From Betaproteobacteria bacterium (GTDB lineage: Bacteria; Pseudomonadota; Gammaproteobacteria; Burkholderiales; SG8-39), in NCBI GenBank assembly GCA_005888925.1, contig VBCP01000068.1, forward strand, positions 1 to 41,106: a DNA stretch of 41,106 bases, given 5' to 3'. The position numbers and the translations under genes are program-made. This document shows, one piece after another, positions 28,149-36,307 of the stretch. The stretch's first letter is position 1. Each line of letters begins with the position of its first letter. The notes below the pieces were generated by a model that was not told the origin of the DNA, did no database searches, and saw only the letters and a list, made by a program, of their open reading frames with translations.

Positions 28149-28167
28149 CGGCGCTTATGATAGGCCA
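28149..28167. promoter_or_regulatory. putative bidirectional leaderless promoter
   Basis: TATGAT (28156-28161, +) 6 nt before GTG 28168; TATCAT (28162-28157, -) 8 nt before ATG 28148. Confidence 0.55.
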
Positions 28168-29026
28168 GTGCAAACGCTCGACCGCTCGCACCATGCGCCC
28201 GCGCAGCCGCTGCCGCCGCACGCGGCCGATTGCCACATGCATGTGTTCGAGCCTTTCGAGCTTTACCCGCTTGCGCCGGAGCGCGCCTACAACGTCTGCG
28301 AAGCGCCGCTCCCAGCGCACGAGCGCATGAAGCAGCAAGTGGGTCTCGAGCGCACGGTGTTCGTGCAGGCGAGCGGCCACGGTACCGACAACCGTGCAAT
28401 GCTCGCTGCGCTCGCCGAGCTCGGACCGCGCGGCCGCGGCGCGGCGGTGGTCGCGCCGCAAACGCCGCTCGCCGAGCTGCAGCGCTTGCACAAGAGCGGC
28501 GTGCGCGGCCTGCGGCTCAACCTCTATACCTTCACCGGGCGCCACGTCGGAGAACCGGCGGTGCTGCTGCGAACCTACGAGCGTCTCGTCGCCCCGCTCG
28601 GCTGGCACCTGCAGCTCTTCTGCGATCCCGCTACGCTCACCACGCTCGCTTCGCCCATCGAGCGCTGCAGCGTACCGGTGGTCATATCAGCCGGTGTTCC
28701 AGACGGTGCTCGCGCTCGCGTCCACCGGGCGCGCGTGGGTCAAGCTCGCGGGCGCCGACCGCATCACGCGCAGCACCGCCCGCCTTGCCGATGCCATCCC
28801 CTTCATGCGCGCGCTCGCGCAATCGACGCCGCAGCAGCTGGTGTGGGGCACGGACTGGCCGAACATCGGCTTCCATGCCCGCCAGCAGGTGCACGACGAC
28901 CAGGTGCTGGCGCATCGCCAGCTCGACGCGGGCGAGCTGCTCGATCTGCTGGCCGAGGCCGTTCCCGACGCCGGGGTGCGCCACGCAATCCTGGTGCACA
29001 ACCCCGAGCGGCTTTACGGTTTCTAG
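28168..29026 (+). pseudogene. amidohydrolase_2 / LigI (2-pyrone-4,6-dicarboxylate lactonase)-like gene, frameshifted at ~28685
   Basis: First frame DCHMHVF..VFVQAS.HGTDN..GVRGLRLN..GWHLQL..PVVI; second frame QPVFQ..WVKLAG..VWGTDWP..NPERLYGF*. The conserved DHxG motif expected after PVVI is missing at the junction. Confidence 0.82.
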
Positions 29027-29391
29027 TCTTCGATGCTCTGGTAAGCCTCGGGACGAAAGCGCGGCGTGCAGATCGCGAAGAACACCAGGTCGTGCTCGCC
29101 CAGGTTGGTGATGCGCTGCCGGCAAAGCGGCGGAATCAGCACCACGTCGCCCGCGCTCACCTCATGCGCCGGCAGCTCGCCGACCTCGACACGCCCGCGC
29201 CCCTCGAGAATTACATAGCGCTCGGTCGTCCCCACCAGCCGATGCCACCGCGTGGTGACGCCGCGCGAGACGCGGGCAAGCGCGATCGAGGCCTCCGGAT
29301 CCTCCGGCGTATTCGCGAGCTCGGTGATGTAACAGCGCTCGGGTGTGTAGAACTCGGCGCTGCGGTCGACCGGCCAGATGGTGGGCTTCAC
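29023..29391 (-). CDS. cupin-domain protein
   Basis: SIALARV..TTRWHRL..ERYVILEGRG..GDVVLIPP..QRI..FFAICTPRF; GTG 29391. Confidence 0.82.
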   Translation of the reverse strand: MKPTIWPVDRSAEFYTPERCYITELANTPEDPEASIALARVSRGVTTRWHRLVGTTERYVILEGRGRVEVGELPAHEVSAGDVVLIPPLCRQRITNLGEHDLVFFAICTPRFRPEAYQSIED

Positions 29392-29401
29392 GCGCCAAAT
29401 A

Positions 29402-30688
29402 TCATGGCAGGGCGCGTTTCGCTCCGCTACCTCGGCGCAGCTTCGCGGCGAGGTCGCCGCGCTCGCCGATTTCCACATGGTCAAGCTGCAGCCAGGCCCG
29501 CAGCTCTTGTAGTTCCTGCGCGAGCGCCGGGATGACGCGCCGCGCGTCGTGTCCCGGCTCGAGATGCGCGCTGCGCACCACCAGGACTTTTCGTTTGCGG
29601 TCGGCCTTGAGGTCGCAGCGCGCGACTAGCCTATCGGCGAGCAGGAACGGGAACACGTAGTAGCCGTACACGCGCTTCGCGATCGGCGTGTAGATCTCGA
29701 TCGTGTAATTCATCCCGAAGAGCCGCCGCAGGCGCCGACGATCCCAGACCAGGGAGTCGAACGGCGTGACGAACGCGCGCGCCTCGACGGTGCTCGGCGG
29801 CTTGACGCCGGGAAAGGCGTACGCCTGCTCCTTCCAGCCGTCCACGCGCGCGGGCACGAGCCGTCGCTCCTCCACTAGCTCGGACAGGAGCCGCGGGGCG
29901 ACCGGCTTCGCGCGCTGGCCGATCGCGCGAGCCCAGCGCCACGGCACGGGCCCGGAGCGATCGCTCCAGCCGTCGATGTAGAAGTAGCTGGTGAGATCAT
30001 CAAAGGTGCCCACGCCGCAAGCTTTTGCGGCGAGCACGATAAGCTGCTTCATCGCCTGATCGCGCGGCGGCGCCGGCGCTTCGCGCGTTTCCCGAGGAAT
30101 GACGCGCTCCGCGAGATCGTAGAGCCGCTCGAAGCCGCGCCGCCCGGCGATGGCGAGGAGCCCGGTGTCGAAGAGATGCTCGAGGGTTTTCTTGCCGATG
30201 CTCCAGCCCCACCAGCTGCCCCCGCGCTTGCCGGGACTGGAGAGCTCGGCGGCCGCGATCGGCCCGCGCTCGGCGACCTCCGCGTACACCCTCGCCATGT
30301 AGGCGCCGCGCCGCAAGCGCATGTATCGCTGCGTCCACTCGGCGTGCTTGTCCATGCGATAGCGCAGTAGCGGATAAAGCGAGACCGGCAGCAGGCACGC
30401 GGCGTGACCCCAGTACTCGAAAAGCTCGCGCTTCTCATAGACGAGTGCGTCGAGCGCCGCGACCGGATAAGGCCCCAGCCGCGCGAACGCCGGCACATAG
30501 TGCGCACGCGCGAGCACATTCACCGAGTCGATCTGGAAGGCGTGGATCTGCGCTGCGAGCCGGCGCAGATGGTCGATCGTCGGCTTGGCGGGCCTGGCAC
30601 CGAAGCCCTGTGATGCGACCGCGAGGCGCCGCGCCTCCGGCAGCGACAGGGTCAGTACGCGAGGCGCAGGCCGAGCAGACGTTCGCAC
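29402..30688 (-). CDS. ycaQ: HTH_42 winged-helix DNA glycosylase, YcaQ-like (interstrand crosslink repair)
   Basis: QIDSVNVLARAHY (QxD motif of the YcaQ subfamily), FEYWGH, RRGFERLYDLAERV, TPFDSLVWDR, YTIEIYTP..KRVYGYY. Confidence 0.85.
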   Translation of the reverse strand: MRTSARPAPRVLTLSLPEARRLAVASQGFGARPAKPTIDHLRRLAAQIHAFQIDSVNVLARAHYVPAFARLGPYPVAALDALVYEKRELFEYWGHAACLLPVSLYPLLRYRMDKHAEWTQRYMRLRRGAYMARVYAEVAERGPIAAAELSSPGKRGGSWWGWSIGKKTLEHLFDTGLLAIAGRRGFERLYDLAERVIPRETREAPAPPRDQAMKQLIVLAAKACGVGTFDDLTSYFYIDGWSDRSGPVPWRWARAIGQRAKPVAPRLLSELVEERRLVPARVDGWKEQAYAFPGVKPPSTVEARAFVTPFDSLVWDRRRLRRLFGMNYTIEIYTPIAKRVYGYYVFPFLLADRLVARCDLKADRKRKVLVVRSAHLEPGHDARRVIPALAQELQELRAWLQLDHVEIGERGDLAAKLRRGSGAKRALP

Positions 30689-31425
30689 TTTTCGATCACG
30701 TAGCGCACCTTGTCGCGCAACACTGGGTCGTTGGTGCGCTTGAGGTGCGTGGCGACAACGGCCGGCTCGAGGAGCAGCAACGCGAAGAGCTCGGCGCGCT
30801 CTTCATGCGGATAGGTTTCGGAATACGCGTTGAGGAAGCCGGGCCTGCCGCTGCCGATCGCCGAGCGATTCATGCGCTCGCCGTAGCTCTCGGCGTACCC
30901 GGCGCCGAAGCGCTGCCGCCATTGCGCATCCTCGTAAGTGTTGAAGCGATATTCGATCAGGTGATAGAGCTCGTGCAGAAAAAGGTGCTGCACATCCCCA
31001 GGGTTAGTGCCGCCCTCGCCCACGTCGAGCATCAAGAGGTCGAGCGGCGGCACCGGGATGCCACCGATCCTTTGCGTTCCGGCCATGGCACGGCTGCACA
31101 GGATGGCGTAGCGCAATCTCAGCCTGCGCAGCGAGGCATCCGGCAGCTTGGCGAACGCCGGGGCGATGCTGCGTGCGATGGCACGGCTTGCGTCGCGTGA
31201 CACGGCCCCGCAGAAATATCGTCCGCCGCCCGGCCGGGTATCCCTCTCGACATAGCCGATGTTGATGCCCAGCGTGCCGAGCCGCGGCTCCAGCGCCGCC
31301 GCATCGAGCAGGCGCAGGCTATCGATGTACGTCTCCTTCGCGGCCTGCTGCTCCGAGACGTTCTGCGCTTGGGCAACGCCGAGCGCGGCGAGCATGAGAG
31401 CGAGAAGGAGGGGCGCGGTCAACAT
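30652..31425 (-). CDS. secreted putative zinc metallopeptidase (zincin-like)
   Basis: Signal peptide (AQA|Q), LHELYH HExxH, downstream YS...EERAELF third-ligand segment. Confidence 0.7.
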   Translation of the reverse strand: MLTAPLLLALMLAALGVAQAQNVSEQQAAKETYIDSLRLLDAAALEPRLGTLGINIGYVERDTRPGGGRYFCGAVSRDASRAIARSIAPAFAKLPDASLRRLRLRYAILCSRAMAGTQRIGGIPVPPLDLLMLDVGEGGTNPGDVQHLFLHELYHLIEYRFNTYEDAQWRQRFGAGYAESYGERMNRSAIGSGRPGFLNAYSETYPHEERAELFALLLLEPAVVATHLKRTNDPVLRDKVRYVIEKCERLLGLRLAY

Positions 31426-31439
31426 GCGCCCACACTATC

Positions 31440-32312
31440 TCAGAGGTGGTCGCTCATCCAGGCGGCCGTGCGCACCGCGCCGCCGAAGCTGTAGAGGTGG
31501 ACGCCGACCACGTTGCTCGGCTCGCGGTTGCGGGTGTAGCGGGCGAGCGCGACGAGCTGGTCGCGCGGGTCGGTGTTGGTGACGAGCTTGGCGATGCCGC
31601 TGCCGAGGCTGCGCAGCGCGCGCAGCGACGCACTCACGCCGCAGCGCTGCGCATAGCGCAGCAGCGCGGCGGGATCGGCGGGGCCGGCGATGCCGACGTA
31701 GACCGGTAGGCTCGGCCACAGCCGGGCCAGCGTCGCACAATAGTCCACCACGCGCGCCGGGGCGAAGGAGAACTGGGTCAGGACGTAAACGCCGATCGAC
31801 TGCGCCGCGGCCAGCTCGAGCTTGCGCGCGAGCGCCTTCTCCAGGGCGTTGAGCGAGATGCGGGGGTGACCTTCCGGATATCCCGCGACACCGATCTCGC
31901 GCACGCCGCAGTCCGCGAGCAAACCCTCCTCGAGAATCTGCAGGCTGTCGACAAATGGGCCCTTCGGCCGCGGCTCGTCGCCGCCGAGGAGCAGCACTCG
32001 ATGGACGCCGTATTCGCTCGAAGCCCGGCGCAGGAAGGTCCGAAACTCATCGCGGTTGAGAATGCGCCGCGCCGAGACATGCGGCACCGGATCGAGGCCG
32101 GCGTCGCGGATCGCGGCGATCGCCTCGAGCGTGCGCGCGAGCGGCAGGCCGGGCAGCGATGGGATGTAGACGCAGCTGCCCGCGGGGAGCAGCGTGCCGA
32201 CGTCCTTCGCGCGGTGCAGCTCGCGCGGCGAGATCTCCACCGAGCCCGCCGCCACGAGCTCGGAGATCCTCGGATCCAGCCGTGGTTCAGTCGCGCTTGC
32301 GGGATACGACAT
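31440..32312 (-). CDS. metF: methylenetetrahydrofolate reductase (short MetF-like)
   Basis: SVEISP, PVPHVSARR, LLLGGD, GVAGYPEGHP, LTQFSF, GIAGP, HLYSFGG; start ATG 32312 (or 32321) overlaps the upstream gene end. Confidence 0.82.
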   Translation of the reverse strand: MSYPASATEPRLDPRISELVAAGSVEISPRELHRAKDVGTLLPAGSCVYIPSLPGLPLARTLEAIAAIRDAGLDPVPHVSARRILNRDEFRTFLRRASSEYGVHRVLLLGGDEPRPKGPFVDSLQILEEGLLADCGVREIGVAGYPEGHPRISLNALEKALARKLELAAAQSIGVYVLTQFSFAPARVVDYCATLARLWPSLPVYVGIAGPADPAALLRYAQRCGVSASLRALRSLGSGIAKLVTNTDPRDQLVALARYTRNREPSNVVGVHLYSFGGAVRTAAWMSDHL

Positions 32313-33687
32313 AGGACTCATCCTGGAACCAGAGGCTGCCGTGCTTCTGCAGCACTTCGCGCGTGGCGTCGAGGTAGCGGCTGTCGCGCAGCGCTTCGCC
32401 GAGGCGCAAGTCGTCGATCTGCGCGACATAGATCGCGGCGTTCCACGCGGCGAACAGCGTGGAGGTGCCGATGCTCGACGAGATCTCGGACGGCAGCGTG
32501 TGCATGTCGTAGCGGAAGATGGCGCGTGCGTCCGCGTAGGCGTTGAAGTTGTAGCGGCGCGCGTCGCGGCCGAGCTCGGTCTTCGTGGCGCGCATCAGGT
32601 CGTGGCGGCTCTGCGTGAACGGGTTCTCGCCCGGCCAGACCTGCTGCACGATTTCCAGGCCGGGGTCGTGCCCGTAGGAATGGATGCCGAGCAGCCGCCC
32701 GCCTTTGCCGAGCGCACGCACCAGCGGCGTCACGACCTTCTGCGCCTTGAACTCGAGCGGCGCGCGCGCGCGGTAGGGCTGCGAGGCGATGACCATGTCG
32801 TACTCGGCTTTGCCCTCACCGCGCTTCGGGATCACGTTCTCGAGCAGGAATCGATAGTCTTCCCGGTACAGGACCAGCGCGGTGGGGTGCTCGTAGATCG
32901 GGTTGCCGCTCTTCGGGCTGTGCCGCGCCTGCCAGTTCTTGGCGAGGAACGGCTCGAGCGCCGCGATCTGCTCGCTGAAGTCGTGCGACGTCGTGCCGGT
33001 GAGCGCGGCCTCGTGCCATACCATGGCGGTGGCGTGCTCGACGGCGCGCGGCTGCAGCCACGGCGCCTCGCTGTAATACATGTTGGTGACGACGAGCACC
33101 GTGGCGGGATGCTCGAAGAACCGATCGGCCATCTTGCGCAAGCTGAGGCGCACGTCCTCGAGGCTGATCTCCTTGCCGACGATGTAGAACGGCACGGTCG
33201 GAAAGCGCCGGTGCATCTCGCGCATGACGCGCGCGAGCACGGTGCCATCGCCCATGCCGGCGTCGAACAGGCGCACCGCCGGCGGCCGCGGGTGGATCTG
33301 GCCGAGCTCGAGCCCGACGCGGCGCGCGATGACGTCCTTCTCGCTGCAGGTGTTGACGAACAGGAGATACTTCTGGCGGTTGTCGAAGAAGCGGAAATTG
33401 GTCTCGGGATCGGCTTTCTGCGCCGGCGCGCTCGTGCGGCGCACGGCCCCGGCGTGGATCAGCGGCATCAGCTCGGGCGGCGACTCGCCCGCTCCGCTCG
33501 CGCCGTGCTTCACCATGAAATCGTTGACGCGCGTCAGCGTCTCCGGCGTGACGCGCGCGCCGTCGCGCAGGCGCGCGACGAACTTGCCGTCGTTGACCGC
33601 GCGTCGGCCGAAAGTCGACTCCGCCATGCCGGTGCGTCGGCAAAAATCAGAGATGCTGCCGAGTAGAGTCCCGCCTCCTGCCTGCAC
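32287..33687 (-). CDS. N-terminal HTH + class I SAM-dependent methyltransferase-fold fusion protein, function unknown
   Basis: HTH-like ISDFCRRTGMAESTFGRRAVNDGKFVARLRDG; linker; LFDAGMGDG (motif I), IVGKEIS (motif II), YDMVIASQPY (motif IV-like). GTG 33687 has GGAGG 5 nt upstream. Confidence 0.75.
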   Translation of the reverse strand: MQAGGGTLLGSISDFCRRTGMAESTFGRRAVNDGKFVARLRDGARVTPETLTRVNDFMVKHGASGAGESPPELMPLIHAGAVRRTSAPAQKADPETNFRFFDNRQKYLLFVNTCSEKDVIARRVGLELGQIHPRPPAVRLFDAGMGDGTVLARVMREMHRRFPTVPFYIVGKEISLEDVRLSLRKMADRFFEHPATVLVVTNMYYSEAPWLQPRAVEHATAMVWHEAALTGTTSHDFSEQIAALEPFLAKNWQARHSPKSGNPIYEHPTALVLYREDYRFLLENVIPKRGEGKAEYDMVIASQPYRARAPLEFKAQKVVTPLVRALGKGGRLLGIHSYGHDPGLEIVQQVWPGENPFTQSRHDLMRATKTELGRDARRYNFNAYADARAIFRYDMHTLPSEISSSIGTSTLFAAWNAAIYVAQIDDLRLGEALRDSRYLDATREVLQKHGSLWFQDESYVVSRKRD

Positions 33688-33734
33688 TCCATCCTCCGTA
33701 ACAGGACTGCGGGAAAATGGTGCGCGCACTAGTG

Positions 33735-33785
33735 GTGGGACATCAACCACGCGCTGCGTCCCGTGAAAAGTGGGATGCTGCCCAT
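33735..33785. promoter_or_regulatory. two imperfect palindromic boxes GTGGG-N6-CCCAC (putative operator pair)
   Basis: GTGGG-ACATCA-ACCAC (33735-33750) and GTGGG-ATGCTG-CCCAT (33770-33785), 35 bp apart, each one mismatch from a perfect palindrome, in the divergent spacer. Confidence 0.55.
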
Positions 33786-33797
33786 TCTTAATAATCA

Positions 33798-35165
33798 ATG
33801 CCTTCCGTCCTAGAGCTGATAGGCAACACCCCGATGATCGAGGTCGCGCGCCTCGACACCGGCCGCTGCCGCCTGTTCCTCAAGCTCGAGAACCAGAACC
33901 CGGGCGGCTCGATCAAGGACCGCATCGCGCTGTCGATGATCGAGGCGGCCGAGCGCGAAAAGAAGATCCAGAAGGGCTCGCTGATCGTCGAGGCCACCGC
34001 AGGCAACACCGGGCTCGGCCTTGCGCTGGTCGCGGCGCAGAAGGGCTATCGCCTGCTCATCGTGGTGCCCGACAAGATGAGCCAGGAAAAGATCTTCCAC
34101 CTGAAGGCGCTCGGCGCCGAGGTGCAGCTCACGCGCTCCGACGTGACGAAGGGGCACCCCGAGTACTACCAGGACAAGGCGGCGCGCATCGCGCGCGAGA
34201 CGCCAGGGGCGTTCTACGTGAACCAATTCGGCAACGAGGCGAATCCCTGGGCGCACGAGCACACCACGGGGCCGGAGATCTGGGAGCAGATGGAGCACCA
34301 GCTCGACGCGATGGTTTGCGGCGTGGGCACCGGCGGCACCCTCACCGGCCTCGGGCGCTTTTTCGCCAAGGTGGCGCCGCAAGCCGAGATGGTGCTCGCC
34401 GATCCGCAAGGCTCGATCCTCGCGCCGCTCATCAAGACGGGTAAGGCGCCGGACCACGTCGGCAGCTGGCTGGTGGAGGGCATCGGCGAGGACTTCGTGC
34501 CGCCGGTGTGCGACCTGTCGCTGGTGAAGAAGGCCTACGCCATCCCGGATCGCGAGGCCCTGCTCACCTGCCGCGAGCTGCTGCGCAAGGAAGGCGTGAT
34601 GGCCGGCACCTCCACCGGCACGCTGGTCGCCGCGGCGCTGCGCTACTGCCGAGAGCAGACGACGGCCAAACGCGTGGTTACGCTGGTCTGCGACAGCGGC
34701 AACAAGTACCTCTCCAAGGTCTACAACGACTTCTGGATGCTCGACCAGGGCTTCGTCGAGCGCGAGCGCTTCGGCGACCTGCGCGATCTCATCAGCCGCC
34801 GGCACCACGACCATGCGGTGGCGACGGTCAGCGCCGACGAGAAGGTGCTCGCGGCGTACCAGCGCATGAAGCTCTACGACGTATCGCAGCTCCCGGTGCT
34901 GCGCGACGGCCGCATCGTCGGTATCGTCGATGAAGAGGACATCCTGCTCGAGGTGTACGACAATCCGCAGCATTTCAACGAGCCGGTGACCCAAGCGATG
35001 GCGAGCAACCTCATTACCGTCCCGCCGAGCGCCTCGATCGAGCAACTGATGGAGATTTTCAAGCGCGGCATGGTCGCGATCGTCGTCGACGGCGAGGAAT
35101 TTCTCGGCTTCATCACGCGTATCGACCTGCTGAACTGGCTGCGCCGCCGCTTGGACGACAAATGA
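33798..35165 (+). CDS. cbs: cystathionine beta-synthase with C-terminal CBS domains
   Basis: IGNTP, NPGGSIKDR (PLP lysine), EATAGNTG, GTGGT, EGIGED, DSGNKYLSK, then a CBS pair (SQLPV, GFITRIDLL). Confidence 0.92.
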   Translation: MPSVLELIGNTPMIEVARLDTGRCRLFLKLENQNPGGSIKDRIALSMIEAAEREKKIQKGSLIVEATAGNTGLGLALVAAQKGYRLLIVVPDKMSQEKIFHLKALGAEVQLTRSDVTKGHPEYYQDKAARIARETPGAFYVNQFGNEANPWAHEHTTGPEIWEQMEHQLDAMVCGVGTGGTLTGLGRFFAKVAPQAEMVLADPQGSILAPLIKTGKAPDHVGSWLVEGIGEDFVPPVCDLSLVKKAYAIPDREALLTCRELLRKEGVMAGTSTGTLVAAALRYCREQTTAKRVVTLVCDSGNKYLSKVYNDFWMLDQGFVERERFGDLRDLISRRHHDHAVATVSADEKVLAAYQRMKLYDVSQLPVLRDGRIVGIVDEEDILLEVYDNPQHFNEPVTQAMASNLITVPPSASIEQLMEIFKRGMVAIVVDGEEFLGFITRIDLLNWLRRRLDDK

Positions 35166-36307
35166 AATTCGACACCAAGGTGGTGCACGCCGGACAGGAG
35201 CCCGATCCGCGCACCGGCGCGGTGATGACGCCGATCTACGCCACCTCGACCTATGCGCAGGCGAGCCCCGGCGAGCATCAGGGCTACGACTACGCGCGCA
35301 CGCGGAACCCGACGCGCGATGCGCTCGAAGCCTGCATCGCCGAGCTCGAAGGTGGCGATACCGGCTTCGCCTTCGCGTCGGGCATGGCTGCGATCGGCAC
35401 CATCCTGGAAACCCTGGACGCGGGGTCGCATGTCGTGTGCATGCACGATCTCTACGGTGGCAGCTATCGCATCTTGGAGAAAGTCAGGAAACGCTCGGCG
35501 GGCCTGCAGGCGACTTTCATCGACCTCTCGGACAGCAAGGCACTGGAGCCGGCGATCCGCCCGAACACGCGCATGCTGTGGATCGAGACGCCCACCAATC
35601 CGCTGCTCAAGCTCGTCGACCTCTCCGCGGTGGCGGAGATCGCGCATCGCAAAAAGCTGGTCTGCGTGTGCGACAGCACCTTCGCCTCGCCATGGATCCA
35701 GCGGCCGCTCGAGCATGGCTTCGACATCGTGGTCCACTCCACCACCAAGTACCTGAACGGCCATTCGGACGTGATCGGCGGCGCCGCAGTGATTCGGAAA
35801 GACGCGGAGCTGAAGGAAAAGCTGGCCTTCCTGCAGAACGCGGTGGGCGGGGTGCCGAGCCCCTTCGATGCGTTCCTCACGCTGCGCGGCATCAAGACGC
35901 TCGCGCTGCGCATGGAGCGCCATTGCGGCAACGCCATGCACATCGCCGCGTGGCTCGAGAAGCATCCGCGGATCGAGCGCGTGATCTATCCGGGACTGGC
36001 GAGCCACCCCCAGCATCTGCTCGCGGCAAAGCAGATGCACCAGCGCTACGGCGGCATGGTCAGCGCAATCCTCAAAGGCGGGCTCGCGGCATCGCGGCGC
36101 TTTCTCGAGCGCTGCAAGCTCTTCACGCTCGCCGAGAGCCTGGGCGGCGTCGAGAGCCTGATCGAACACCCGGCGATCATGACGCATGCCTCGCTGCCCG
36201 AGGACGTGCGCGCGGGCCTCGGCATCAGCGACGGCCTGGTGCGACTCTCCGTCGGCATCGAGGACGTCGAGGACCTGATCGCCGAGCTGAAGTACGCGCT
36301 GGATTAG
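35162..36307 (+). CDS. metB: cystathionine gamma-lyase/gamma-synthase (Cys/Met PLP enzyme); likely gamma-lyase given the cbs pairing
   Basis: YARTRNPT, FASGMAA, LYGG, ETPTNP, HSTTKYLNGHSD, AESLGGVESL, RLSVGIE; ATGA overlap with cbs. Confidence 0.88.
   Translation: MKFDTKVVHAGQEPDPRTGAVMTPIYATSTYAQASPGEHQGYDYARTRNPTRDALEACIAELEGGDTGFAFASGMAAIGTILETLDAGSHVVCMHDLYGGSYRILEKVRKRSAGLQATFIDLSDSKALEPAIRPNTRMLWIETPTNPLLKLVDLSAVAEIAHRKKLVCVCDSTFASPWIQRPLEHGFDIVVHSTTKYLNGHSDVIGGAAVIRKDAELKEKLAFLQNAVGGVPSPFDAFLTLRGIKTLALRMERHCGNAMHIAAWLEKHPRIERVIYPGLASHPQHLLAAKQMHQRYGGMVSAILKGGLAASRRFLERCKLFTLAESLGGVESLIEHPAIMTHASLPEDVRAGLGISDGLVRLSVGIEDVEDLIAELKYALD

Noticed and set aside
33688..33797. SAM or SAH riboswitch upstream of cbs or HTH-MTase/metF
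   Set aside because: No SAM-I/II/SAH consensus recognised by eye; the palindromes fit DNA operators better. An Rfam scan would settle it.
33688..33798. N-terminal extension of the HTH-MTase ORF to 33798
   Set aside because: It would cover the whole promoter/operator spacer and touch the cbs start; GTG 33687 has a proper SD and directly precedes the HTH.
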